Positions 31,601-39,753 of a stretch of DNA of 62,424 nucleotides are shown piece by piece (position 1 is the stretch's first letter; each line of letters begins with the position of its first letter). The position numbers were made by a program, and so were the translations under genes. The notes beneath the pieces are model-generated. The model worked only from the letters and a program-made list of their open reading frames with translations, did not search any database and was not told the origin of the DNA. Source of the DNA: Candidatus Nomurabacteria bacterium (lineage in GTDB: Bacteria; Patescibacteriota; Saccharimonadia; Saccharimonadales; Saccharimonadaceae); NCBI GenBank assembly GCA_031280785.1, contig JAITGI010000042.1:1-62424 (forward strand), in the 5' to 3' direction.

Positions 31601-33313
31601 CAGTGACAGACCGCCCCCGTAATTGCTGGTGGTGACAGTGTTACCGGTCAGCGTTACATTGCTGATAGTTAGGTCTTTGGCAAGATTCGAGATATTTACT
31701 CCACTATGACCGGTAGCCGATTGGTTGCCTGTCGCAGTAATATTGTTGACTGCGGTCAAACTGCCCATATTGGTCAGACCAAACCCGCCAACCTGTGCGT
31801 TAGAGGTGTTATCGGTTACGACAATATCACTCACTGTCGCGATATTCGCGCCGTCAATACGTGCGCCACCATAGTTGCCTGTCGCAAAGTTATCACTAAT
31901 CGTCAAATTACTAACGCTGGTCAGCCCCGCACTGGTAACATATGCGCCGCCATAAGCACCAGTTGAACTGTTATTACTGATGATATTGTCCTCAAACTTG
32001 GTCAGATACGCCGAGTTAATATACACTCCGCCGCCACTGCTACCGGTTGCGCCCGAATCAAAAACCTGATTGCCGTCAAAGGTCACGCCCGATATTTTGG
32101 CGTCCGAGCCTGCCACACCACTACTTAGATATAGTCCACCCCCTATTCCAGTTTTGCCACTACCTCCGGGCTGAACCTTATTGCCGGAAATCGTGCCGCC
32201 GGTGATATTCACACTGCGATAGCCCTCAATTCGGATTCCGCCGCCGCCACTATTGGTATTCACGCCACCGGCGATATTATTAGAAATCGTGCCGCCACTC
32301 ATCGTAAAGTCTATGGCATTTCCATTAGCATAAATAGCGCCGCCATTGAGGCTGGCACTATTACTGCTGATATTACCACCGGAAATATTTATATCAGCAT
32401 AGTTACCTATATAGATAGCGCCGCCGTTGCCATTAATCGTGCTACTGCCAGCCGTGTTACCGATAATCTCGCCGCCGGTGATATTCAGTGCCGCCCGATA
32501 GGTGGCGTTGCTAGCAATATAAATCGCGCCGCCGTTGGTTACGGCGATATTACCCTGACCTGGTGCGCTGCTACCGATCGTGCCGCCAGAGAAATTAAAC
32601 TGCACATTATTTTCCAAGCGCATTGCCCCACCGACACCACCGGAAACATTGCCGTAAATCTCGCCACCGGTCATATTTATCACTACTGGCGTGGCGGTGC
32701 TGCCATTAGCGGTTATCGCTCCTGGGCTACCAGTTCCCGCATCATTATTCCTAATGATACTGCCCGGTTTGACATTTATCATCGCCCCACTAGTGCCACT
32801 TATCACACCCGAACCGGCACCGGTATTGGTCTGACCTTGAATAATCGTCCCGCTGTCAAGGTTGAGCGTGCCGCCTTGCGCCGACAGTATTGGGCTATTG
32901 CCATTGGCGGCAGTGCCGTTGATGATGATGTCGTGCAGGGTCAGCGACGCAGCAGCCGCCACCGTGATGATATTATTGGTCGGTGCCGTGCGATTGAGCG
33001 TCGCATTCGCAGGGTCGGCTGAGGTAATGATAATGTTTTTGTTGGCGGCAATCGTGATGATACCATTAAAATCAATACTATTCTGAATTGTAATCGTCGT
33101 CGTGTCACTATTTCCCGCCGTCGCATTGGCGCTGGCAATGCAGTTGACGATGTCGGTCTGTGTCGTGGCGCTGCACGGCGTGTCGGCGGCGCGAATTGTT
33201 GTAGGTTTAACAACAAGAAACACTCCGGCAATAGATGCTATACACATCAACAGCGCCGGCAACGCCAGAAACCCCCAGCGATTTATCTTGGTTTTACTCT
33301 GAAAACTGTGCAA
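28694..33313 (-). CDS. giant (1539 aa) parallel beta-helix surface protein / putative adhesin with an APNTG sorting signal
   Basis: TTG start preceded by AAGGA. Signal/TM WGFLALPALLMCIASIAGVFLVV. Many tandem degenerate repeats with GGAIY/GGGLY/NGGG motifs (Pmp/PbH1-like). C-terminal GYVFKGW Listeria-Bacteroides-type repeat, then GAPNTG, a TM segment and RLRQKRAK. Confidence 0.85.
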   Translation of the reverse strand: MHSFQSKTKINRWGFLALPALLMCIASIAGVFLVVKPTTIRAADTPCSATTQTDIVNCIASANATAGNSDTTTITIQNSIDFNGIITIAANKNIIITSADPANATLNRTAPTNNIITVAAAASLTLHDIIINGTAANGNSPILSAQGGTLNLDSGTIIQGQTNTGAGSGVISGTSGAMINVKPGSIIRNNDAGTGSPGAITANGSTATPVVINMTGGEIYGNVSGGVGGAMRLENNVQFNFSGGTIGSSAPGQGNIAVTNGGAIYIASNATYRAALNITGGEIIGNTAGSSTINGNGGAIYIGNYADINISGGNISSNSASLNGGAIYANGNAIDFTMSGGTISNNIAGGVNTNSGGGGIRIEGYRSVNITGGTISGNKVQPGGSGKTGIGGGLYLSSGVAGSDAKISGVTFDGNQVFDSGATGSSGGGVYINSAYLTKFEDNIISNNSSTGAYGGAYVTSAGLTSVSNLTISDNFATGNYGGARIDGANIATVSDIVVTDNTSNAQVGGFGLTNMGSLTAVNNITATGNQSATGHSGVNISNLAKDLTISNVTLTGNTVTTSNYGGGLSLTTNGATGALRKVRIENSNISDNTVMGRGGGVWVVDYYDLTIHDTTIKNNQANTHGGGVAMNANSRLTLSGNTEISGNSAGEMAGGADVLDANATLAVGGNGGGITMGNGSAADPSQLTIRDNAKVNNNTATANGGGLYVGGNLLAVTIRDNAQINGNKARQDGGGLYVGAGRSATDMNEVRISGDAQIMNNQAGRNYGGAFFGNNIDLLMSGNARVDGNKSGQVINGGGGGMSIGAPSVVRLQDSVSVSNNETGKMAAGDNLLDPSATPVTTGGNGGFSMANGMAALGNTLTITDNVKINNNKVAGTVGGVSVGRFTTVTLSGDGEINGNMARGNYGGLYLSGSTDPLVTMTTTISDNFSISGNSAGGNGGGLASMGAIYVLNISDNVSISNNTAGGQGGGIITGNSVGGNQGFTYISDNVTIDGNTAGTNGGGIVVDNGSWLEMSGGRITNNTAAGAGGGIRQGTVEGKIVISGGEITDNSAGQGGGISTYLFYDTAYFGNELLISGGLIARNRAVTDGGGIADIGKLTEPYDRNGRMEISGSAVIRDNIAGVNGGGVFVPYLQLTQLDVGAGVTFAANTAADYESNVAPTDLPTYNAHISVPDNMWSTSPDGVFRRGYNNYDIAYSAVKFSAIFDSAGGSNVASQTVYHGDSATRPSDPTRDGYVFKGWCVGDCAPKGYKTIESVEFTGADWVNTGIKTSDDLEVVLDYRFNTNDADPSKNAVIYGARSSIDLNHFDLLQYTCGDLRIAFGTHSYGIHQNISCADPSGFFTNNDRVTVRQEAGDFWYGSQQLTATADFTNGQMNMPLDLYLGALNNNGAVVMSGANVFSFDVYNFRIYQGGDLVANYLPMERESDGVVGFYDTVSKKFLARPASGGAFDRVSVGADGLDCVDTGVEWDFNTVLANDLHLVARWEKIPDVPGVPGAPNTGFSATVGILAAGLATICAALACFSVWRLRQKRAKITSV

Positions 33314-33342
33314 TTTGTTGTCCTTGTTACTATTACATAACC

Positions 33343-33370
33343 ATTATACGCCCCCCCCCGCAGTTTGCAA
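33343..33370 (-). promoter_or_regulatory. promoter of the giant adhesin gene with a G9 tract in the spacer
   Basis: Minus strand TTGCAA (33365-33370), 16 nt containing G9 (33351-33359), TATAAT (33343-33348). Confidence 0.6.
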
Positions 33371-33374
33371 GCCC

Positions 33375-33403
33375 TTGCGGCGCGCTGAGTTTTTTGCTAA
33401 AAT
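33375..33403 (+). promoter_or_regulatory. promoter of tRNA-Val(GAC)
   Basis: TTGCGG (33375-33380), 17 nt, TGcTAAAAT extended -10 (33398-33403). Confidence 0.55.
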
Positions 33404-33417
33404 ATGCAAGCAGTCGC

Positions 33418-33494
33418 GGGTTGTTAGCTCAGTTGGCTAGAGCGCTTCCTTGACGTGGAAGAGGTCGGGGATTCGAATTCCTCACAACCCACCA
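33418..33494 (+). tRNA. tRNA-Val (anticodon GAC), CCA encoded
   Basis: GGGTTGT/ACAACCC acceptor stem, anticodon arm CTTCC-TTGACGT-GGAAG, T-loop TTCGAAT. Confidence 0.92.
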
Positions 33495-33506
33495 GATTTT
33501 ATCAGA

Positions 33507-33537
33507 AAGCCCGAGACGCGACCTCGGGTGTTTTTAT
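33507..33537 (+). terminator. rho-independent terminator after tRNA-Val
   Basis: CCCGAG-acgcgac-CTCGGG followed by TGTTTTTATTT. Confidence 0.7.
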
Positions 33538-33560
33538 TTGGCAGTCATCGACAATGACCG

Positions 33561-34121
33561 CTATTTTGCGCCAAATAATTTTTCGCGGATTTGCCGGTAA
33601 AAATCCTCTGGGTCGCCCGAGTTATCGAGATGAATATCAGCCAAATCACGAATCGCCGCGACATTATAATCCGCCTCGCCAGCACCGGCTTGACGTTCAT
33701 TCTCGTCCAACTGCATGAATTCCTCGAAAGTCTTCTGGCTTTCGGCATCACGGGCACGACCTTTCATGCGCCGGTAACGCACGGTCGGATCAGCGTCAAC
33801 GAAAACTATCACGCCGCCGGCTTTTTTGACCGCCCGAGCCTCGCCAAGTGCGCGAATACCGTCGACCACAATCGGACGCTGCCCGCCGTCCAATGCCAAA
33901 TCGACGAATACGCCGGCGCCCTTTGCCTGGCGATATGCCGGCGCGACTTTCTGCAAAGTCTCGCGCTCGATGTTGCCGAACTGTTTCATCGCCTCGGCGC
34001 GCACCATGTCGCCGGTCGAAACATGCACATAACCGAAATTTTTTACCAGATATCCGCCGAGGGTATTCTTGCCGCTGGCATTTGTGCCAGCCACGCCGAT
34101 TACCTCTGGCGTCCGGGTCAT
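33561..34121 (-). CDS. P-loop nucleoside/nucleotide kinase-like protein
   Basis: [13 protein letters not shown] Walker A with an NMP-kinase-like layout. Confidence 0.6.
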   Translation of the reverse strand: MTRTPEVIGVAGTNASGKNTLGGYLVKNFGYVHVSTGDMVRAEAMKQFGNIERETLQKVAPAYRQAKGAGVFVDLALDGGQRPIVVDGIRALGEARAVKKAGGVIVFVDADPTVRYRRMKGRARDAESQKTFEEFMQLDENERQAGAGEADYNVAAIRDLADIHLDNSGDPEDFYRQIREKLFGAK

Positions 34122-35086
34122 TTGATATACTCGTGCAAGCGTTGAATATCTTTGTGACGACGCAGTTTATTGATGGCTTTGGCTTCAATTTGGCGAATGC
34201 GTTCGCGCGTCACGTCGAACTCTTGACCGACTTCCTCCAGAGTATGCGAGCGCCCACCGTCCAATCCAAAACGCATACGCAGAATTTTCTGTTCCCTGTC
34301 CGACAAATTGTGCAAAATTTCCGAAATTTGCTCTTTGAGCAGTTGCTGAGCGGCGGCGTCCTCGGGCTTGACGGCGTTGTCGTCCTCGACGAAATTGCCC
34401 AACGCCGAGTCCTCGTCGTCGCTGTCGCGCCCGATCGTTGCGTCGAGGCTGGAAATGTCCTGTTTGATTTTGATGACATATTTGATCTTGTCCGGCTCCA
34501 TATCCATTTCGCGCGCCAATTCATCAATGGACGGCTCGCGGTTCAGCTCCTGAGTCATGCGGCGCTGAGTGCGCAGCAATTTGTTAATCGTCTCGACCAT
34601 GTGCACCGGAATGCGAATAGTGCGGGCTTGGTCGGCGATGGCGCGAGTGATAGCCTGGCGAATCCACCAAGTCGCATAAGTGCTGAATTTGAAACCCTTT
34701 TCGGGGTCAAACTTCTCGACGGCACGCAGCAGTCCGGTGTTGCCCTCCTGGATTAAATCCAGAAAATCCAGCCCGCGCCCGCTGTAACGTTTGGCAATCG
34801 ACACCACCAGGCGCATATTCGCCTCGGCCATTTTGTCTTTGGCTTTTTTGTTGCCTTTGACCACCTGTTTGGCGAGTTTCATCTCCTCTTCCTGGGTCAA
34901 CAGCGGAATTTTGCCAATTTCGCGCAAATACATCCGCACCGAATCGTCCGTCACATCGTCGAGATAACTCTCGTCGATAGTTTCCTCTTCGGTCGTTTCC
35001 TCCTCGTCCTCTAAATCGGAATCCTTGGGATCGAAATCATCATCAGCCGTCAAAGTTTTCGCATTGTTATCATCCATGCCAAGCAT
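34118..35086 (-). CDS. rpoD: RNA polymerase sigma factor (sigma70/RpoD family)
   Basis: [38 protein letters not shown], and region 4 [23 protein letters not shown]. Confidence 0.93.
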   Translation of the reverse strand: MLGMDDNNAKTLTADDDFDPKDSDLEDEEETTEEETIDESYLDDVTDDSVRMYLREIGKIPLLTQEEEMKLAKQVVKGNKKAKDKMAEANMRLVVSIAKRYSGRGLDFLDLIQEGNTGLLRAVEKFDPEKGFKFSTYATWWIRQAITRAIADQARTIRIPVHMVETINKLLRTQRRMTQELNREPSIDELAREMDMEPDKIKYVIKIKQDISSLDATIGRDSDDEDSALGNFVEDDNAVKPEDAAAQQLLKEQISEILHNLSDREQKILRMRFGLDGGRSHTLEEVGQEFDVTRERIRQIEAKAINKLRRHKDIQRLHEYIK

Positions 35087-36870
35087 TATACCACACCATT
35101 TTCCTTGCGCGCATCCCAGACCTGGAATAGCCCGGCAAATTCGTCGTTCGGACCGGTCGTGCGCAGGGTTTTCACGGTCTGGTTCAGTCCCTTGATAGCG
35201 CCATTGATAATTTCACGCTTTTTTTCGTCATCATCGGTCGAGGAAAATTCACCCAACATTTTGGCGCGGCGTTTTTCGATCTCGATCAATTCCAGCTCCT
35301 TCATATGCGCCAACATCAGCGTCCGCTTGTCGCCGTCAATACGCGTCGAAATCAGTTCCAGCTCGGCAAGTTTGTCCGCCAAACCAGTGTCGATTTCCAC
35401 CGACTTTTCGCTCAACAGATAATATTTTACCTTTGCCAGCGGCTCGGTCAGATATTCGTTCGGCAAATTATTCAGCACCGAACGCAGGTTTTTCTGCATC
35501 AGCGCGACCGCCAAAATTCGTTCCGCCAAGGCGTTTTCGGTGCGACGATGCACGGCGCTGAGTTTTTCAACCTTGGTCGGTTTGAGCGCCGGCTTGGCGT
35601 GTTCGGCGCTGGCATCCTGCCCGGCGAGCTTACACTGTAACGTCGCGACCTCGGCGTCGATCAATTTCGCCAAAACTTTGAGATAATGCTCGACCTCGAC
35701 CGGATCATCCAGATGCCCGATGAGCTTCAAGGCTTCGTTAGTCAACTTTTTCTTGCCATCCGCTCCGGTCAGATCGACTTGACCGGCATAGTGGTCAATC
35801 ACCCATTGCACGGCTGGCTTGCCGCCCGCCACAGCCTTTTGCCACAGCTTCGGATTTTGCTGGATCAGCTCGTCGGGATCCTTGGCGTCATCCGGCAGGT
35901 CAATCACCGTCAGGCTAATGTCGAGTTCCTGCGCCAAAATGATGGCTCGTTCGGTCGCCGCCACACCGGCCTTGTCGCCATCAAAACACAAACCGACATT
36001 ATGCGTCAGACGACTGAGCGACTTAAGGTGCCAAACCGTCAACGCCGTGCCAGCGCAAGCCACCACGTTTTTGACGCCCGCCTGGTGGCTGCTGATAACG
36101 TCCAGGTTCCCCTCGACCAGGACTGCTTTATCCTGTTTGCGAATCGCTTCCTTTGCCAGGTGAAAGCCGAAAACTTGGCGACCTTTGTCGTATAAAATCG
36201 TCGCCGGCGTGTTGATGTATTTGGGCTCGCCGGCGTCAATGATTCGACCCGTAAAACCGACGATTTGCCCCTGGTTATCGCACAGCGGCACCATCATACG
36301 ACCGCGAAACATATCGCCGCCGCGCCCTCCCATCAGACCAGCACCACGGATTTCGTCGTCGCGAAAATCATGTCGACGCAAAAAATCCGCCAGTCCGCCG
36401 CTCGCCGGTGCAAAACCGATCCCCCACTCCGTCACCGTGTCTTTGCTGAGCGCTCGTTTTTTGAAAATATATTCCTGGGCGGGTTTGGATTTGACCATCG
36501 CGGCTTGGAAATATTTTTTCGCCAAGGAATTCGCGTCCAGGAAACGGCGCTTTCTGCTGGCAAATTCGCGGCTGCCGGACGAGCTGTATTGCGACAGATC
36601 AACACTGGCTTTGCGCGCCAAAAACTCCAAAGCGCTGCGAAAGTCCAAGCCTTCGACCTCCATAATAAAGGCAAAAATATCGCCGCCGCGATTAGCCGAA
36701 AAATCATGCCAGATATTCCGTTCCGGCGTCACGAAAAAACTCGGCGTTTTCTCGTTAGTGAACGGACTCAACCCGCGCCACAATCGCCCGGCGCGTTTTA
36801 ACTGGACATATTCACCGACGACGTCCTCTATCGCCAGGCGACTTCGCACCTCCTCTTTTGCGTCTTGCAT
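35086..36870 (-). CDS. dnaG: DNA primase
   Basis: NEKTPSFFV and a TOPRIM region ([18 protein letters not shown]). The zinc-ribbon ligands appear substituted (see findings). Confidence 0.9.
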   Translation of the reverse strand: MQDAKEEVRSRLAIEDVVGEYVQLKRAGRLWRGLSPFTNEKTPSFFVTPERNIWHDFSANRGGDIFAFIMEVEGLDFRSALEFLARKASVDLSQYSSSGSREFASRKRRFLDANSLAKKYFQAAMVKSKPAQEYIFKKRALSKDTVTEWGIGFAPASGGLADFLRRHDFRDDEIRGAGLMGGRGGDMFRGRMMVPLCDNQGQIVGFTGRIIDAGEPKYINTPATILYDKGRQVFGFHLAKEAIRKQDKAVLVEGNLDVISSHQAGVKNVVACAGTALTVWHLKSLSRLTHNVGLCFDGDKAGVAATERAIILAQELDISLTVIDLPDDAKDPDELIQQNPKLWQKAVAGGKPAVQWVIDHYAGQVDLTGADGKKKLTNEALKLIGHLDDPVEVEHYLKVLAKLIDAEVATLQCKLAGQDASAEHAKPALKPTKVEKLSAVHRRTENALAERILAVALMQKNLRSVLNNLPNEYLTEPLAKVKYYLLSEKSVEIDTGLADKLAELELISTRIDGDKRTLMLAHMKELELIEIEKRRAKMLGEFSSTDDDEKKREIINGAIKGLNQTVKTLRTTGPNDEFAGLFQVWDARKENGVV

Positions 36871-36886
36871 ACGTAAATTATAACAT

Positions 36887-38020
36887 TTATGACTCTATCT
36901 TGCCATTTTCCCCTGGCTTGACGTCCTCGAACAAGCGCCTGATCAGAGTTTCATCAACTACTGGTTTACCTTTGGCGAACGCATGCGTTACATCAGGAAT
37001 CGTATGGTGATTGATATTTTGACCCTGATTTTTCAGATCGTTGGCGATCTCCGCCATCTTACTATTATCGCTTATCTCGCTACGCCCCAGGGAATACATA
37101 TCGACTCGATCGCCACGTCGGTTCAAGCCTCTCAAATTTTCCAAGTTTTTCCGTAAACTACCCCTGGTCAGACCTCTGACATAGGAGAACATATTACTTC
37201 TCTCTTTTGGCTTATCATTAGACTTTTTCCGAAAAACTTTATCTCGCATAAAATTCGTCAACTTGGCACTTTCCTTGCGTTTGTCGGCACTGACTCGGTC
37301 GATATTATCAGCATGTTGGCGATATCCCGCGGTGTGGATGCCTTCCTTTAAAGCGTAATCAAAAGCTAATCCCAGCAATGAAAACTTCCTCGAACCAGTC
37401 GGATCGACCAGACCGACTCTAATTTCATCGGCAATATCTGTCAATTTTTCCGCATAGCTTGACGCTCGCAGCGCACCCATTGAACCACCATAAATCGCAA
37501 GGACCGCCAAATGACCCAACTCGTTTTTGAGGTGGTCCCTTAGCCGTTCGCCGATATATTCTCCCAGCGGCGCATAATCACCAGTTTTTGCAATTTGTTT
37601 AGCAATGTTTGTCGGCAACTCGCTCGAACCACCAAAACCCGGCTGGTTGATGAACAAAAGCTGCTTGTCCGGAAAAGCCGCAGCAAGATATTCCGCCTCG
37701 TGTTGTTCGGACGACGGACCTTTACCCTTTTCTTCTCCGTAATTTCCGTTCCACATGTAGTTATAGATTATTAAATCGTCGGAAACACCGCGATTAAACA
37801 GATGCCCGACAAGTTGTTTTTCATCGTCCAAGTTTATGGTAATTTTTTCCGGCTCATTATTTTGTCCAATTTTAGCGTTCACCTCGGCCGACCTTCCAGC
37901 CAGCTCATCGGCGGTTATCTTGTTGCCCGTTTCGCCTGCCGCGACAATGCTCAACCCGCCGTCTAGTGCGTAATCGACGGGGTCTTTCCGAAAATTATTT
38001 ATTTTATCTGGGATGCTCAC
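36887..38020 (-). CDS. alpha/beta-hydrolase-like hypothetical protein
   Basis: 377 aa with the GxSxG-type nucleophile elbow YGGSMGA. Confidence 0.5.
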   Translation of the reverse strand: MSIPDKINNFRKDPVDYALDGGLSIVAAGETGNKITADELAGRSAEVNAKIGQNNEPEKITINLDDEKQLVGHLFNRGVSDDLIIYNYMWNGNYGEEKGKGPSSEQHEAEYLAAAFPDKQLLFINQPGFGGSSELPTNIAKQIAKTGDYAPLGEYIGERLRDHLKNELGHLAVLAIYGGSMGALRASSYAEKLTDIADEIRVGLVDPTGSRKFSLLGLAFDYALKEGIHTAGYRQHADNIDRVSADKRKESAKLTNFMRDKVFRKKSNDKPKERSNMFSYVRGLTRGSLRKNLENLRGLNRRGDRVDMYSLGRSEISDNSKMAEIANDLKNQGQNINHHTIPDVTHAFAKGKPVVDETLIRRLFEDVKPGENGKIES

Positions 38021-38110
38021 ATATTTAATTATACCTGGTTATGTTATTTCTTCAATAATATGGCTGAATTAAAGCTGGCAAAATAATGCCGTTTGTGATT
38101 AAATTATCAC

Positions 38111-38719
38111 ATGTATCCAGAACAAGAGCCAAATGACAATCAGCTGCCGGCTGTGCACTCAGACCTGGATTACCTGAACCAGATCGCGACAAAACCGACG
38201 CCCAGCCGATTTGGCTTTTTGGATAAAAAGATTTTGATTTTAATCGGTGTAGTCGGTGTGTTGATTATCGCCACGATCGTGCTGGCTGCTGTCAACAGCG
38301 GTAGCAAGACGACGCCGAGCGGCGAGATTTTGCGGGCGCGGCTAGGCGGGTTGGTGACTTTGATTGATTTCGGTAATCAAAATATCACTAACACCTCACT
38401 CGGCAAAGTCACTGCCGAGGCGTCGTTGGTGATATCATCGAACCAGTATTTGCTGTCCTCGACAATCGGCACCGCAGCCGTAAAGCCAGAAACCGCAGCC
38501 GTCGAATCAGTCGACAGTATCGTGGCGAACCTTGAAACCGCCAAATCGATGGGTGACCTTGATAATCAATATCTCAAAGCGATCCTGTCGCAATTCGGCA
38601 GCGTAAAAACCGCCCTGTTGAATTTTGCGAGCGAAAGCGCCAGCTCAGCCAGTCAGTCCACTATTAATGAAACCATCGCCAATATCGACGAGCTGGTCGA
38701 TCGTTTATCGGACGACTAA
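38111..38719 (+). CDS. hypothetical membrane-anchored protein
   Basis: 202-aa ORF with a single TM (ILILIGVVGVLIIATIVLAAV). Confidence 0.55.
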   Translation: MYPEQEPNDNQLPAVHSDLDYLNQIATKPTPSRFGFLDKKILILIGVVGVLIIATIVLAAVNSGSKTTPSGEILRARLGGLVTLIDFGNQNITNTSLGKVTAEASLVISSNQYLLSSTIGTAAVKPETAAVESVDSIVANLETAKSMGDLDNQYLKAILSQFGSVKTALLNFASESASSASQSTINETIANIDELVDRLSDD

Positions 38720-39039
38720 CCGGCGACCAATTCGTAACTGTGCCGCGCCAAATCTATGACTTCATCGTCGGCGAGCTGTCCTGTCAGCAAAATCGTGTTC
38801 CAGTGTTTTTTATTCAAGTGATAACCTGGCGAAACCGATTCATATTTGTCGCGCAAAAGCCGGCTCAAGTTCGGGTCGGCTTTGAGGCTGACCTGCAAAG
38901 GGTCGCTGCCTTCCTGGACCAGCGCGAACATTTTGCCAGCGGCGGTTTTATATACCGCAACGCCTTCGCCAAACGGATAATCCAGCCAAGTTTGCGGCAG
39001 CGACAACAGGAATTTTTCGAGCGCGGCGTGGCTCAACAT
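38716..39039 (-). CDS. MmcQ/YjbR family protein
   Basis: 107 aa with YPFGEGVAVYK..MFAL..HLNKKHWNT, a pattern typical of YjbR-like proteins. Confidence 0.65.
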   Translation of the reverse strand: MLSHAALEKFLLSLPQTWLDYPFGEGVAVYKTAAGKMFALVQEGSDPLQVSLKADPNLSRLLRDKYESVSPGYHLNKKHWNTILLTGQLADDEVIDLARHSYELVAG

Positions 39040-39572
39040 TTCACATGTCCCAGATATTTTTTCAGTTCAGCAATCGAGCCAGCAATGTCGTGCGCGGCGC
39101 GGTGAGCTTCGGGTTTTTTGAATTTTACACCCAGTTTGTTTTCGAATACCAACTTCCAGGCGCTGACATCGAGCATACGATAATGCAGCCGCGCGTCCAA
39201 ACGCGACCATTCGCGTTCGATAAATTTGCGATCCTGGTGAATGGAATTTCCGGCAAGGTAAATCGGATTTTTAGTGTCAAAATGCTTAGTGATGAATCGT
39301 AAAAGTTCATCCTCGACGCCGCGGCGACTGCGACCTTCACGCTGGTTTTGTTCCAGCAGAGCCGTCCGCACCGCAACATTTCTCTCCCAAAATTCGCCCG
39401 TCATGCGACGCTCCGCCAGGCGCGTGCTAACCCTCACCACCGCGCGAATATGCGCGATTTCGGTCAAATTCCAATCCGTTGCCACCGCCGCCACTTCCAT
39501 AATTCGATCGTGGACCGGATCCAGTCCCGTCATTTCGAGATCAATCCACAGCAAGCTAGCTTTCCCGCTCAT
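39033..39572 (-). CDS. orn: oligoribonuclease
   Basis: LLWIDLEMTGLDPVHDRIMEVAA, GNSIHQDRKFI, HRAAHDI (DEDDh exonuclease). Start ATG 39572 follows GGAGGAAT. Confidence 0.88.
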   Translation of the reverse strand: MSGKASLLWIDLEMTGLDPVHDRIMEVAAVATDWNLTEIAHIRAVVRVSTRLAERRMTGEFWERNVAVRTALLEQNQREGRSRRGVEDELLRFITKHFDTKNPIYLAGNSIHQDRKFIEREWSRLDARLHYRMLDVSAWKLVFENKLGVKFKKPEAHRAAHDIAGSIAELKKYLGHVKC

Positions 39573-39753
39573 ATTCCTCCATCTCCTTGTCGATGACCTC
39601 CCGATTCTGGGCGCGGTCGTAATCTTTGTCACTGGTAAAAGTCTTTGAAACCGGATTTACTCCGCCCCAATCGGCGCGGGATTTTCGGTCAGCCTCCGCC
39701 TGAGCCTTTTTTGAACGTTTGTCATACGGCACGAATTTCGGCGACTTTTCCAT
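39556..39753 (-). CDS. small charged hypothetical protein (about 65 aa)
   Basis: ORF fills the argS-orn gap. Its ATG overlaps the argS stop (ATGTGATG) and its stop overlaps the orn start. Confidence 0.45.
   Translation of the reverse strand: MEKSPKFVPYDKRSKKAQAEADRKSRADWGGVNPVSKTFTSDKDYDRAQNREVIDKEMEEYERES

Noticed and set aside
28694-33313. Diversity-generating retroelement targeting the giant adhesin C-terminus.
   Set aside because: No reverse transcriptase ORF and no template/variable repeat pair were detectable in the window.
33848-34756. Long plus-strand ORF (302 aa), and similar long antisense ORFs at 10302-10979, 26713-27447, 42246-43019, 47363-48085, 50036-50968 and 57532-58320.
   Set aside because: Each lies fully antisense to a gene with clear family motifs (rpoD/kinase, gyrB, thrS, pyrG, uvrC, GT2, PPIase). 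Their products are Arg/Pro/His-rich low-complexity sequences, typical of shadow ORFs.
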